Assembly: GCA_964577685.1 (NCBI GenBank)
Contig: CAZNZT010000010.1
Span: forward strand, 1 to 49,682
Direction: 5' to 3'
DNA from: an uncultured Methanosarcinales archaeon
Lineage (GTDB): Archaea > Nanobdellota > Nanobdellia > Woesearchaeales > JACPBV01
DNA: 49,682 bases
The position numbers and the translations under genes are program-made. The notes under the pieces are model-generated. The model was not told the DNA's origin, made no database searches, and saw only the letters and a program-made list of their open reading frames with translations. Below, in pieces: positions 28,135 to 39,330 of the stretch. The first letter of the stretch is position 1, and each line of letters begins with the position of its first letter.

Positions 28135-29650
28135 TTTTTTAAAAAAGATACCCTTATCATGGTTTTTCATAGCCATAGCTATGTCCCTTATTTTATTCCT
28201 ACTACTTTTTATAAACTTCAGTTTTATTTTGAGATATTTTCCAATCAATAAACCCCATATTGATTTTAGTTCCCACATGACTAGAATACACTTTATGAGA
28301 ACCTATGGATTTAATAAAGTACCTAACTGGTATAATGGTTTTTATCCATTCAAAGCTTATTATTTTGCTTATTATATATTCGCCTTACCTTTTTACATCG
28401 TAAGTAATAGCCTAAATATCACAATTTTTGTATCAGTTATATTGATTTATCTCTTTTCATTTATTGGATGTTTATTCTTTTCAAAAATAAAGAATGGATT
28501 AGATAAGAGGAGATCAATAGTATTTTTCATTCTTTTTTTCTTTAATCCAGTAATGCTTTTTGATTCTTTAAATCTAGGAAGGTTACCAGAACTCCTTGGT
28601 TGGATGGTTTTTTTGTTCCAGACTGTCTTGGTCTTTTACTATAAAAACAAGAGAATTGGTTTTAGATTCATTATTGGTTACTCTATATTAACTGCTATGT
28701 TGATATTAAGTGAAACGATGATTTATTTCCTTTCTTTGGCACTCTTATTTGGATTATTTCTTATCAAGAATCTCAAGGAGAGGATAAAAATTGTATTATC
28801 TTTTTTAATTAGTTTATCTCTAACTTCTATTTGGTGGATGCCAATCATAGAAAAAAACTATTCCCAAATAGAATCCTTCTATGGGGTAAGATATCTAAAA
28901 GAAACTTTTATCTCACCTAATTCTTTATTATTCCTGTTAAAAAATTGGTATCATGATCTAGCAGTTATAGCCTTCTTATTTGCTGTATTTTGTTTAATAA
29001 ACTATTCAAAAGATAGTGTAAAAAACTATTTATTCTTTGCACCTTCTTTGTTGCTTTCAATACTTTATCTTTTTAAAATAACTTACTTTATACCTATAAT
29101 CAGTATTACTTATCATCTAATTTTTGTTTATTTTTTCTGGTTTTTATTTTTATATATAATTCTCACGATTGATATATCGTCTTTAACCTTAAAATTAAGA
29201 TCTGTAATACTATTCTTTTTATACCACTCGTATATCCCACTTATCTTTTATTTATTGTTTTTTGCTAATATCAGATCTTTTGCTTATGATAATTTTGACA
29301 AACAAATAATTCAATTGTCAGATAGTATAGATAAAAAATTTGTTGTAGTACCTAATCCTAAGTATGCGAATCTCTATTATCCCTCTATTGTAAGTTATAT
29401 AACATTTAAAACTAATGCGACAACTTCAATGGGATGGGTAGATCAAAATGCAAACGATTCCGTTAGAAAGTTAAATACAAAAATTATAAGAATCGTACAG
29501 CAGAATGATTGTAACAAAATAAAAAATTTGTTCAGAGACGAAGAAATTAAATATATTCTAACTTTTGGAGAATATTGTGACAATCTATTAAAGTGTGATT
29601 TTGTTATCAAAAGAAAGACAGAAGATTGTTGTGTTCTTGAATTTTATTAG
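28103..29650 (+). CDS. GT-C-like polytopic membrane protein; start uncertain
   Basis: Many TM helices, DFSSH...PNWYNGF first loop, GRLPELLG, soluble Cys-containing C-terminal domain. Confidence 0.65.
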   Translation: MFLKSLKGHSDFLKKIPLSWFFIAIAMSLILFLLLFINFSFILRYFPINKPHIDFSSHMTRIHFMRTYGFNKVPNWYNGFYPFKAYYFAYYIFALPFYIVSNSLNITIFVSVILIYLFSFIGCLFFSKIKNGLDKRRSIVFFILFFFNPVMLFDSLNLGRLPELLGWMVFLFQTVLVFYYKNKRIGFRFIIGYSILTAMLILSETMIYFLSLALLFGLFLIKNLKERIKIVLSFLISLSLTSIWWMPIIEKNYSQIESFYGVRYLKETFISPNSLLFLLKNWYHDLAVIAFLFAVFCLINYSKDSVKNYLFFAPSLLLSILYLFKITYFIPIISITYHLIFVYFFWFLFLYIILTIDISSLTLKLRSVILFFLYHSYIPLIFYLLFFANIRSFAYDNFDKQIIQLSDSIDKKFVVVPNPKYANLYYPSIVSYITFKTNATTSMGWVDQNANDSVRKLNTKIIRIVQQNDCNKIKNLFRDEEIKYILTFGEYCDNLLKCDFVIKRKTEDCCVLEFY

Positions 29651-30363
29651 AAGCTATTTTTATCTTTAAAGAACAACAAAAGTTGTTTTGTGTATCTAAA
29701 AAACATCTTGCTTATTTTGAATTTAGGAGTACCTTCCTTTCTAAAATTATAACTCGTAGGTACTTCTCCTAACCTATATTTCTTAAGATGGGCTTTTATA
29801 GCAAATTCAGGGGAGATTGCATAGTCTCCAGATTCAAGTTTTATATTCTCAGATAATTCTTTTTTAAACCCTCTAAATGCGTTTGTAATATCATGCACTT
29901 TTATTCCAAATAATACCCTGCATAACCTAGTATAGGTAGAACTTAGAAAGGCCTTTAATAAATCCAATTCACCCCTTGAACCTCCTTTCATATACCTGGA
30001 TCCAAATACCATATCATACCCCTGTTTTAATTTTTTTAATATTTTAGGAAACGTTTCAAGTTTATCAGATCTATCTGCCATTGTCCAAATTATATATTTT
30101 CCCTTTGCATAATATGTTCCGTCTCTCAAGGCAAACCCCATACCATTATTTCCTGTTTTTCTATGTATAACCTTTACATATTTGTTCTTTCTAGCAATTT
30201 CATCAGAGATCTTTCCAGTTAAGTCTTTACTGTTATCATCTACTATTACAATCTCAGCATTCCATCTTTCTTTATTTATCAAATTAGTTAAAGAATCTAT
30301 CAGAGGAGGAATATTCTTTTCCTCATTAAAAGCAGGAATCACTATTGAAATAACAGGCTTCAT
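29647..30363 (-). CDS. GT2 DPM1-like glycosyltransferase
   Basis: VIPAFNEE, VDDNSKD, MADRSD, GSRY, DITNAFR. Confidence 0.9.
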   Translation of the reverse strand: MKPVISIVIPAFNEEKNIPPLIDSLTNLINKERWNAEIVIVDDNSKDLTGKISDEIARKNKYVKVIHRKTGNNGMGFALRDGTYYAKGKYIIWTMADRSDKLETFPKILKKLKQGYDMVFGSRYMKGGSRGELDLLKAFLSSTYTRLCRVLFGIKVHDITNAFRGFKKELSENIKLESGDYAISPEFAIKAHLKKYRLGEVPTSYNFRKEGTPKFKISKMFFRYTKQLLLFFKDKNSF

Positions 30364-31475
30364 ATTAGTCCTCTTTCTTCTAATTCTTTTGTGGCAATAT
30401 CAAATTTATCTGTTGCTTTCTTTTTTGCAGACCAGGATATTAGCTCTTTGAGGTCTTCTTCAAAAGAAGTTTTAACCTCAAACTCAAGCTTATCCCTTAT
30501 TTTTGATATATCTGCGTAGCAATGTCTTATATCCCACTTCCTGAACTTTCCACTTATATTTGGTTTTATATTTTTTCCATAAAGTTTTGCTATAGTTTCT
30601 GCAATACTCTTAATTGTTATAGGATTCCCTGAACCCACATTGAATACCTGATAATTTCCGCTGTTTTTTTCCATCGCTAGAAGGTTAGCATTCACTACAT
30701 CATAAACGGATATAAAATCTCTGGTTTGTAAGCCATCTTCGTAGACTATTGGGGGATTATTGTTTTTAATCCTACTCATAAAAATTGCTACAACACCTGT
30801 GTATGGATTGCTAAGACTTTGTCTAGGACCAAAAACATTAAAATACCTTAAAGCTACGATTGGTATCCCATATATCTTACCTACATTTAACATCATTTCC
30901 TCTTGATTTTTCTTATTGATAGCATAAATTGATACACTATTTTGTTTTATATCTTCTGGAGTGGGTACCGGCTTTATTTCCTTTTTGCATATTGGACACT
31001 TACATTCCCACTCTTTTGCTTTTAATTGTTTTTCTGGTCTTAAACCCGGCCTTACTAGTCCATCATCTTCACATTTATATAAACCCTCGCCATAGGACAC
31101 CATTGAAGAAGCAAAAATGATTTTCTTAACATTGTTGTTTGAATTAACAATCAAATCCAAAAGTAATGCTGTACCATAGCTATTTACTTTAGTATAGTGT
31201 GCTATCTTGTACATACTCTGCCCCACACCTACAGCACTTGCTTCGTGAAATATTATCTCTACATCTTCCAAAGCCTTAGAAAGTTGCTTTCTATTTGTTA
31301 TATCTCCTAATATAAATTCTGCTTTAGGATTGATATAATCTGGTTTACCATCTGAATGTACTTGTGGGTCTAAATTGTCAAATATTCTAACATCATGACC
31401 CGTCTTAATTAATGCATCTACAATAAAAGATCCTATAAATCCTGCCCCTCCAGTTACTAATATTTTTCTATTCAT
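30360..31475 (-). CDS. NAD-dependent epimerase/dehydratase with Cys-containing insertion
   Basis: [41 protein letters not shown]. Confidence 0.9.
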   Translation of the reverse strand: MNRKILVTGGAGFIGSFIVDALIKTGHDVRIFDNLDPQVHSDGKPDYINPKAEFILGDITNRKQLSKALEDVEIIFHEASAVGVGQSMYKIAHYTKVNSYGTALLLDLIVNSNNNVKKIIFASSMVSYGEGLYKCEDDGLVRPGLRPEKQLKAKEWECKCPICKKEIKPVPTPEDIKQNSVSIYAINKKNQEEMMLNVGKIYGIPIVALRYFNVFGPRQSLSNPYTGVVAIFMSRIKNNNPPIVYEDGLQTRDFISVYDVVNANLLAMEKNSGNYQVFNVGSGNPITIKSIAETIAKLYGKNIKPNISGKFRKWDIRHCYADISKIRDKLEFEVKTSFEEDLKELISWSAKKKATDKFDIATKELEERGLI

Positions 31476-32527
31476 CTTTGTCTGCTTTGCAGTGCATTTA
31501 CAATCTCTTTTAGTATCCTATTTATATCGTATTTAAGTTTCCACTTTGGATAATCCTTTCTAAATTTTGAAATATCAGAGATATACCAAATATGGTCTCC
31601 TATTCTGTTTCTTTCAATATACTCATAATTTAATTTTTTGTCTGTGAGTTTCTCAAATTTTCTTATAGCTTCTATTACAGATATATTGGAGTACCTTCCT
31701 CCACCAATATTGTAGACCTCTCCTTTTTTAGGATTCTTGTAAAAGTGATCAAAGGCATTAACCAAATCCCAAGAATGAATATTATCTCTAACCTGTTTTC
31801 CTTTATAACCAAAAATTCTGTATTTCTTACCTTCGACAACACATTTTGCTAAATAAGCTAAAAATCCATGTAATTCTGCTCCTGAGTGATCTGGTCCTGT
31901 AAGACAACCGCCTCTAAAAGAGACAGTATATAAATCAAAATATTTGCCATATTCTTGTACTAGAATGTCAGCGGCAACCTTTGAAGCTCCGAACAAACTA
32001 TGCTTACTGTTATCTATACTCATTGTCTCATCGATTCCATTTTCATACTTATGTCCCTTTTTGATTTCATATCTTGTCTCTAATTCAATTAATGGTAATC
32101 TGTTGGGGGTATCTCCATATACTTTATTAGTTGATGTAAACACAAACACCCCTTTATTGGAGTATTTCCTAAAATTTTCTAACAAAATAAGTGTCCCATT
32201 AGCATTTATAGTGAAGTCAGTAAATGGCTCTTTGGCAGCCCAGTCATGTGATGGCTGTGCTGCGGTATGAACTATCAAATCAAATGGACCATATCTCTTA
32301 AAGATTCTTTCTACTTTTTTATTGTCCCTGATATCTATATTAAAGTGGGTATAGTTGTTATATCTTTTTTTTAATATTTCTATATTCCATTTTGTACTTG
32401 CTGTTTTACCAAAGAAGTAACTTCTCATATCATTGTCTATCCCAATAATTTCAGCTTCTTTATCTGCGTAAAATTTAACTGTCTGAGATCCTATCAAACC
32501 ACCAGATCCAGTAACTAAAACTCTCAT
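31472..32527 (-). CDS. CDP-paratose 2-epimerase (RfbE)-like extended SDR
   Basis: [46 protein letters not shown]. Confidence 0.8.
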   Translation of the reverse strand: MRVLVTGSGGLIGSQTVKFYADKEAEIIGIDNDMRSYFFGKTASTKWNIEILKKRYNNYTHFNIDIRDNKKVERIFKRYGPFDLIVHTAAQPSHDWAAKEPFTDFTINANGTLILLENFRKYSNKGVFVFTSTNKVYGDTPNRLPLIELETRYEIKKGHKYENGIDETMSIDNSKHSLFGASKVAADILVQEYGKYFDLYTVSFRGGCLTGPDHSGAELHGFLAYLAKCVVEGKKYRIFGYKGKQVRDNIHSWDLVNAFDHFYKNPKKGEVYNIGGGRYSNISVIEAIRKFEKLTDKKLNYEYIERNRIGDHIWYISDISKFRKDYPKWKLKYDINRILKEIVNALQSRQR

Positions 32528-32751
32528 TCTTTTAGCTAGAAAAGATATGATATATAAAATTTATGCTGGTCTGGCGTTAGCCAAACCCATAATTCTTTAT
32601 AAGAGATCACATCTTAAAGCTTTAAAAACAGCTAAAAGAGGTAACAACACGAACGAGGATACCTAAATAAATACTTGGAGTTTATTAATTTGGCTATGGC
32701 TACTGATTCCGTAAAATCTATAAATACATAATTATTTCATCTTGATTATAA

Positions 32752-34320
32752 ATGGTAAATAGGCATATTGAAGCAATAATTGTAACACTCCTCTATTTTA
32801 TTTGTTTATACTTTTGGATTTTGCCTATACAGGGAAATTCTTTTCCATACGGAGAAGTCGATGCTGCATCACATTTTGCTATTGCAGATTATACTACATC
32901 TACAAATAAGCCAATAACTATTTTGCCTTTTTATATAGATAAGAGATATGGTAGAGACAATGCATATAAGAATCATAGATTATGGTATCATCCCCCTTAT
33001 CACATGGCTTTTTCTATAGCCCAAATAATAAGCAACGATAGAATAACTTCTGTATTTTTTGCAAATGCAATATTCTCTTCACTAATAGTTTTATCAGTTT
33101 ACTTTATTATCAGAAAACTTTTTGGTTTTCTTCCAGCTTTTTTATCTTCTTTTATGCTTATTTTTTCCATGAGAGATATAATGGTGTACCTTTGGGGTCA
33201 ATGGCCTGAGAGGATGGGGTTTGCTTATCTTCCATTAGTCATTTATTGTTTTTATAAGTATTCTTTATCATATCTCCATAAAAAAGAAAAACCAATTTAT
33301 CTTTACCTGACTAGTTTACTTCTTGTTTGTAATTTATTTGTTCATCCTATGACTTTTATTCATACAATTCTTACACTTTTGATTTTTTCATTTCTTTTAT
33401 TAATAAAAGAAAAAAAACTTTTTTTTAGTATTAGGCATCTTCTCATATCAGTTATTTTGTTTATTCTCATAGTAAGTATTTTTCCATTACAGACGTTAAA
33501 TGTTATCGTAAGATTAAAGTCAAATAAATATGATAAGGCTGAACCAAATAGTTTTTCAAGACTCTTTCGTTGGACTGGAGGATTAAATGCTGAAGGCTCT
33601 GTTCCAAATGCTTATTTTTCCTATAAAGATATGATTGGTGGTTATTGGACAATCCCCCTAATTATTTTAGGTATTCTTGTTATTTTATTAAGGAGAAATA
33701 ACAAAACCGTTATTATCTTCTCTTGGTTGATTGGTCTTTATATTATGATTCATTTGGATGTGATTGGCATATCTGGTAGGGTTCATAGGTCTCTAAGTGC
33801 TACAGCCCATATATTTTACCCACTTGTTGCTATTGGGCTACTTTCTCTTGTCTCTTATGCTAAATATTTTGGGATTTATAAAAAGTATGTCAAGTACGGG
33901 GTAATATTAGTATTCCTAGTCTTATTTATCAACTCCAATGGCAAAGCAGCATACTTACAATTAAAAAATGCATACTCTGGTATCATAAGAGTCACTCCAT
34001 ACCAGCTTGAAGTTTCTGAGTGGATAAAAGACAACATCCCAGAAAAAGCTCAGATTCCTTCGTTTGGAGCATTAACCCAAGCCAAATCAAGATGGATATG
34101 GATGCTCTCGCACAGGTATGTTCCATATATACAAAGTTTCAGTGATAAGAGGATGGTTAATGCCACCCATATACTGTTAGATTACTCAGACAGGGCAATC
34201 ATTGGAGATAAAAAGACAATAGCATATATGCAAGATTGGGAAAGAAAAAATCTAGCTAATGCAACTTTATTGTATAATAAAAATTATATAAAGGTGTACA
34301 AAATTGGAAATCAGATTTAA
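32752..34320 (+). CDS. GT-C-like polytopic membrane glycosyltransferase
   Basis: FPYGEVDAASH first loop, WYHPPY, WGQWP, many TMs, EWIKDNIP...IKVYKI C-domain. Confidence 0.7.
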   Translation: MVNRHIEAIIVTLLYFICLYFWILPIQGNSFPYGEVDAASHFAIADYTTSTNKPITILPFYIDKRYGRDNAYKNHRLWYHPPYHMAFSIAQIISNDRITSVFFANAIFSSLIVLSVYFIIRKLFGFLPAFLSSFMLIFSMRDIMVYLWGQWPERMGFAYLPLVIYCFYKYSLSYLHKKEKPIYLYLTSLLLVCNLFVHPMTFIHTILTLLIFSFLLLIKEKKLFFSIRHLLISVILFILIVSIFPLQTLNVIVRLKSNKYDKAEPNSFSRLFRWTGGLNAEGSVPNAYFSYKDMIGGYWTIPLIILGILVILLRRNNKTVIIFSWLIGLYIMIHLDVIGISGRVHRSLSATAHIFYPLVAIGLLSLVSYAKYFGIYKKYVKYGVILVFLVLFINSNGKAAYLQLKNAYSGIIRVTPYQLEVSEWIKDNIPEKAQIPSFGALTQAKSRWIWMLSHRYVPYIQSFSDKRMVNATHILLDYSDRAIIGDKKTIAYMQDWERKNLANATLLYNKNYIKVYKIGNQI

Positions 34321-34660
34321 TAATAGATTACTTATAACTTTCACATTTCTATTTATAGTTATATTTTCACTTATTACATTGAAGTTCATAGCCTTTAAGG
34401 TTATTCTTGGTTTTATTTTACTTTTTATTTTACCTTTTTATTTAATTTTAGATAACTTTGATTTAGATATGGAAGAAAAAATCATATTTTCTTTTTTTAT
34501 TGGAGTTATATTTTTTTCTTCTTTAGTTTACCTTATTGGGAATCTCTTTGGTGTAAGGTTTTCTATTATCTTAACTTTCATTATTCTTATCTTCTCTAAT
34601 CTTTTTCTGAAAAAATTTATTTTTAAAAACAAAAATAAATCCAACAAGGATATAGAGTAA
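34304..34660 (+). CDS. Small 4-TM membrane protein
   Basis: TTG start overlapping upstream gene; FILPFY...EKIIFSFFIG pattern. Confidence 0.65.
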   Translation: MEIRFNNRLLITFTFLFIVIFSLITLKFIAFKVILGFILLFILPFYLILDNFDLDMEEKIIFSFFIGVIFFSSLVYLIGNLFGVRFSIILTFIILIFSNLFLKKFIFKNKNKSNKDIE

Positions 34661-34978
34661 TGGAAGTATAATTGTATGATATTTTATATTAACACCTAAT
34701 AACCCAAGATAATAAGAACTTATCCCTATAATAGCACCACTAAGGCCAACCCCAATTATTAATCTTTCATAAAACCTTAGTTTTTCTTTCCAGTATAACA
34801 TTATTATGTATCCTGGAATTATAAAAACCCAAAAAAATGCCAGAATCAACCTGGTTATAACAAGTAACTCTTCTCTAAAAAATAATATCTTCAGAGCGAG
34901 GATACTCACTATCAAAATGAGCATTAGTAACCTTATTTCTTTTTTTATCTCATTATTAGAATCTTGTTTCTTCTGCAA
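34571..34978 (-). CDS. Small 4-TM membrane protein (DUF1616-like pattern)
   Basis: TTG start overlapping upstream gene; FIIPGY...ERLIIGVGLS pattern. Confidence 0.7.
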   Translation of the reverse strand: MQKKQDSNNEIKKEIRLLMLILIVSILALKILFFREELLVITRLILAFFWVFIIPGYIIMLYWKEKLRFYERLIIGVGLSGAIIGISSYYLGLLGVNIKYHTIILPLLYILVGFIFVFKNKFFQKKIREDKNNES

Positions 34979-36632
34979 TACAATCCTCCCCCGGATTATT
35001 GTTTTTGATTATCATTACAACACCATTGTCAAATACAGGCCTTATAAACTCTTTTTTCAAAAGTTCATTTGCAATTAGTATATTATATTTTGCCAAAACA
35101 TCTTGTCTACTTACTTTATCTAACACAATGTAGTCAAAGTTACATATGTCTCTCTTGGTGTTATAGAAATAATCTCTTCCCATCTCTTCTGCATGAAAAC
35201 CAAAATCAAAAAGGGATTTTCTGTATGCATAATAAACCCCATGATGGTCTCCAAGAATGTCTATTCCTATATTTCTTTTTATAGTTTTATTTTTTAAAGC
35301 AGAAATATATTCCTTTATATCTACCATATGGGGAACCCTAAATATATTTCTCAATAACGCATCCTGATTATAAATATCACCATAAAGAAATAAAACCTTA
35401 GCATCTTCTTTTGTGTTATCCCTTATCCATCTAAATGCATCCCAGTGATATTTGTCCATTATCCCAGAAGAAGTAAATCTTTGTGAATATGGGACCTTGG
35501 GTATTTTTATTACTCCTCCAAATACCAAAAGTAGAACAATTGCCAATGAAAATGAATATATGATATTCCATTTTCTTGTTAGGCTCTTAACAAGGTAATA
35601 AATACTAATCCCGACAAATAATGAAAGGTATATTGGCCATAAGCACCTTGTCTTAAATGCATGTCTTTCTAGTCCAATATAGTTGCCAAATCCTACACAC
35701 ATCATAAAAAGGGAGATAAAAATCGGAAGGGAAAATTTTTTTTTCAAAATAAAGAATGATAGAACAATTCCTACAATTATAAATAAAATAATTATGCCAA
35801 AATTCGAAAGATATAAGGTCTGATCTGTTGTAGTTGTTTTTAAAACACTGAACCACTTAATTACATTACCCTTTGTAAATGTAAACTTGAATATTATAAG
35901 AAAGTATACAGAAGTAATAAAAGACACAACACCAGCGATTATAATGTTTCTTATTTTACTTAAGTTCAGCTCTTTTTTTAATAACCATAAACCAATCATC
36001 AATATCACAAAAAAAACAGCAAATGCCAGCTCTGGTTGATGTTGCAATGCTAAAGCACTCAGGAAAACAGCTAAAAAAATCCAAGAATTTTTCAAATCAA
36101 AATTTGAAAATGACCAAAAGAAGCATATCAAAAAAAATTGTCCAAATATTAGTGGCCAACTTCCCCAGGTAATTAAAGCATATGGTCCTGGCCCTGTTGT
36201 TGGCCCTCTTGAAAATAACAGAAGTGAGAGAGGCAAACCAATCATTGCTATATGTTTATTTAATTTCCTCATTATAAGGTAAAAAATCATAGCAGAAAAA
36301 CCAATGACTATAAAAACAAGCAGATATGCAACATCATAAATCTCTAAGCCACTAATATAAGACAATATAACATCTAAATGATACATTAATGGTGGATAAA
36401 ATCCAACACAATCTTTGTATCCTGCACAGATATAATATGCTTCATATTTGTAATTTCCCATCTGCTTTATACTATCCGCCCTTACTTGGTGCTGGAATGT
36501 GTCTGAAGCCATATAAGCAAAAGGGAATTCGTGCTTTATTCTATGATCCCATAGATTAGCCACACTAGCCCAGATTAGAAAGAAAAATACAAAAACCAAA
36601 TAAATAGCTTCAAAATTAACTTTGGCTCTCAA
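34956..36632 (-). CDS. GT-C-like polytopic membrane glycosyltransferase
   Basis: FPFAYMASDTFQH first loop, FYPPL, WGSWP, RWIRDNT...FDYIVLD C-domain. Confidence 0.7.
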   Translation of the reverse strand: MRAKVNFEAIYLVFVFFFLIWASVANLWDHRIKHEFPFAYMASDTFQHQVRADSIKQMGNYKYEAYYICAGYKDCVGFYPPLMYHLDVILSYISGLEIYDVAYLLVFIVIGFSAMIFYLIMRKLNKHIAMIGLPLSLLLFSRGPTTGPGPYALITWGSWPLIFGQFFLICFFWSFSNFDLKNSWIFLAVFLSALALQHQPELAFAVFFVILMIGLWLLKKELNLSKIRNIIIAGVVSFITSVYFLIIFKFTFTKGNVIKWFSVLKTTTTDQTLYLSNFGIIILFIIVGIVLSFFILKKKFSLPIFISLFMMCVGFGNYIGLERHAFKTRCLWPIYLSLFVGISIYYLVKSLTRKWNIIYSFSLAIVLLLVFGGVIKIPKVPYSQRFTSSGIMDKYHWDAFRWIRDNTKEDAKVLFLYGDIYNQDALLRNIFRVPHMVDIKEYISALKNKTIKRNIGIDILGDHHGVYYAYRKSLFDFGFHAEEMGRDYFYNTKRDICNFDYIVLDKVSRQDVLAKYNILIANELLKKEFIRPVFDNGVVMIIKNNNPGEDCIAEETRF

Positions 36633-37294
36633 TCCGAAAACCTCTCTTTTATTATTCTAAACATTATTGTAAAACCATCTTTAATCTTTATTTTTGATTT
36701 ACCTCTATCTTTGTATCTACGCCTGTCTTTATATTCTATAGGAATCTGCTTTATTTTATATCTTCTTTTTATAGCTAGAAGCAATATCTCAGCTGTTAAA
36801 TCCATCCCAGATGCTTTTAACTTCCCTATGAACTTATCTATCTTTAATATTTTCATACCAGTATTGATATCTTTTAGTCTTGTTAAATAAAGCAAATTAG
36901 TTAGTTTGGTGTGGAATATGTTAGCAATTCTATGTAAAAAAATAATGTCTTTCATATTTCTAGCAGTTGTCACAATATCATAACCCTGTTTTGCATATTT
37001 CACTAACATTGGTATATACCTCGGGGGATAGCTACCATCACAATCAAGGAGAACTATATGGCTAAACCCTCTTTCTTTTGCAATTTTTAGTCCTTCTTTT
37101 ACTCCCTCACCATACCCTTCTTTTTTTCTTTGAAAACATTTTACCTTTAGTTTTTTTGCTATCTTTATGGTATTGTCTGTAGATTGCTCATCAACTATAA
37201 ATATAGGGTATTTACAATACTTCTTTATCTCTTTGATCATATATTCTATGTTTTCTTCTTCATTCTTAGTTGGCAATACAACACAAACTCTCAT
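36629..37294 (-). CDS. GT2 DPM1-like glycosyltransferase
   Basis: VLPTKNEE, VDEQSTD, GYG, LDCDGSY, DINTGMK, RGKSKI. Confidence 0.9.
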   Translation of the reverse strand: MRVCVVLPTKNEEENIEYMIKEIKKYCKYPIFIVDEQSTDNTIKIAKKLKVKCFQRKKEGYGEGVKEGLKIAKERGFSHIVLLDCDGSYPPRYIPMLVKYAKQGYDIVTTARNMKDIIFLHRIANIFHTKLTNLLYLTRLKDINTGMKILKIDKFIGKLKASGMDLTAEILLLAIKRRYKIKQIPIEYKDRRRYKDRGKSKIKIKDGFTIMFRIIKERFSD

Positions 37295-37297
37295 TTT

Positions 37298-38386
37298 TTA
37301 CCTCTTAGAAAGTTTATTTAATGTATATGTAATCTCCTCGGCATCTTTTATTTCTATATCTGTGGGCAAAAGAATGCCTTTTTTATTTACTTCAATTGAA
37401 AATCTTAAATCTTTTTTTTCAAAATAAAAAGGTTGTTTGTTGCACGGGTAAAAAAATGATCTGAGAATAATTCCTTTTTTTCTTAATACGTTCATAATAA
37501 TTATTTGTTCTTTTTCAGTTCTACATAGTATGGGGTAAAACCAATAAACTGGATTTGTAAATTTCTTAATAATCGGTTTTTTAAAACCTTTAATCTTTTT
37601 CTCGTATATGGAGGCAATTTTCATTCTTCTTTTTATTATTTTGTTTATTTTTCTTAATTGTTCAATACCTATAGAAGCCTGTAAATCCGTCATTCTATAA
37701 TTAAAAGCAAGTAAGTGATGATAAAATTGCATTTGAGCGTATTCCCTACCTGGTTTTAAATCTTCTAATTTAGGTTTTCCTTGTGCTCTTAAAAAATCTA
37801 TTCTTTTTTTTAATTTTTTGTTATTAGTTACACACATCCCCCCTTCACCTGTCGTTATTATCTTATTCCCATAAAAAGAAAAACAACCAACATCACCTAT
37901 TGAACCAACTTTTTTACCTTTATATTCTGCCCCATGTGCTTCTGCACAGTCTTCTATAACATACAATCTATATTTTCTTGCGATTTTTTTTATCCAACCC
38001 ATATCTGCGACATTACCATACAAATGTACAGCTATTATTGCTTTTGTCCTTTTTGTTATTGCCTTTTTTATTTCTTTGGGATCAATGCAGTATGTTTCAT
38101 CAATATCCACAAAAACTGGTTTTGCCCCAGTATAACTAACAGCATTGGGTGTAGATATAAATGTACAGTTCGGTACTATTACCTCATCTTTCTTGTTAAT
38201 CCCAAGGGCGACTAATGCAAGATGTAAGGCTGCTGTCCCATTACATACAGCAGACGCATATTTAGTACCTAAGTACATTGAGAAGTCTTTTTCAAATTTT
38301 TGAACAAACTTACCTTGTGAAATATGCTTGCTTCTTACACATTTAATTAAGCTTTTCTCTTCCTCCTTACCAATATCTGGACTCAT
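37298..38386 (-). CDS. DegT/DnrJ/EryC1/StrS aminotransferase (perosamine synthase-like)
   Basis: NGTAALHLAL, VHLYG, IEDCAEAHGA, FSFYGNKIITTGEGGM, NYRMTDLQA. Confidence 0.93.
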   Translation of the reverse strand: MSPDIGKEEEKSLIKCVRSKHISQGKFVQKFEKDFSMYLGTKYASAVCNGTAALHLALVALGINKKDEVIVPNCTFISTPNAVSYTGAKPVFVDIDETYCIDPKEIKKAITKRTKAIIAVHLYGNVADMGWIKKIARKYRLYVIEDCAEAHGAEYKGKKVGSIGDVGCFSFYGNKIITTGEGGMCVTNNKKLKKRIDFLRAQGKPKLEDLKPGREYAQMQFYHHLLAFNYRMTDLQASIGIEQLRKINKIIKRRMKIASIYEKKIKGFKKPIIKKFTNPVYWFYPILCRTEKEQIIIMNVLRKKGIILRSFFYPCNKQPFYFEKKDLRFSIEVNKKGILLPTDIEIKDAEEITYTLNKLSKR

Positions 38387-39330
38387 TCTCCGAATAAAGC
38401 AATAAATCCCCCCAATATTAACACGGATATGTAATTTATAAATCTTTGCAAAATTGCTGTGCTAATACCAATATTCTTATCGATACTAAACATAATTAGA
38501 ATACCAACAATAGCAGATTCAACAGCACCGAGACCACCAGGTGTAATTGGAATAGCAGTGAGCAAAGCCGCTGAAAGAGCAATAAAAACAGATAAGAAAT
38601 ACGAAATGTTTAGTTCTAATGATATAAATATAAAGTACAATGAAGTGATTTCACATAACCATATTAGTACACTATACAATAAAATCAAAGTAAAGTTTTT
38701 CTTTTTTATAGAGCCAATTATCCCCTCCTCTGCCTGATCTATAATCAACATAATTTTTTTTGGTATGTATTTAACAAACTTAGTCCTAATTCTTAATATG
38801 AATAAAAATATAAATAATATCAAAATGATTATATACCCAACAATCAAAGCAAAAATCAAGTCCTTATTTAACTTCTTTCCAAATAAAATAGAACCACTTA
38901 TAGTTAGCATAGCAACAAGTAAAATAATATCAATTAATCTTTCTGTAAACACACTACCCATGGTCTTTGTAAAGGATCCTTTGTATCTCTTTCTTATCAT
39001 ATAGCCCCGCATAAAATCTCCCAACTTAGCAGGTATTATACAATTTGTAAAATAAGAAACCATCAAAATCCTAAATAGCTTAAAATATGGTACAAGGTAG
39101 CCTATATTCTTCAATTGAAGTTGCCACCTGAAATTTCTTATAATTATTGCTATATAAAAGAGTAAGAAGGCAACCAAGTAATAAAATAAATATACCCTCT
39201 TTATTATGTTTATTATTTCTAGAAAATTAATGTTCAACAGTAGTATACAAATAATCACTAAGGCTATAAAAAATGAAAATAAGGTTCTTAAACTGAGAAA
39301 ATTTTTTTTTATTTCTTGTTTATAATTCAT
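38383..39330 (-). CDS. UPF0104/LPG-synthase-TM flippase-like membrane protein
   Basis: RW..QL, N.IIPAKLGDFMR, ERLID, IPITPGGLGAVE. Confidence 0.9.
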   Translation of the reverse strand: MNYKQEIKKNFLSLRTLFSFFIALVIICILLLNINFLEIINIIKRVYLFYYLVAFLLFYIAIIIRNFRWQLQLKNIGYLVPYFKLFRILMVSYFTNCIIPAKLGDFMRGYMIRKRYKGSFTKTMGSVFTERLIDIILLVAMLTISGSILFGKKLNKDLIFALIVGYIIILILFIFLFILRIRTKFVKYIPKKIMLIIDQAEEGIIGSIKKKNFTLILLYSVLIWLCEITSLYFIFISLELNISYFLSVFIALSAALLTAIPITPGGLGAVESAIVGILIMFSIDKNIGISTAILQRFINYISVLILGGFIALFGE

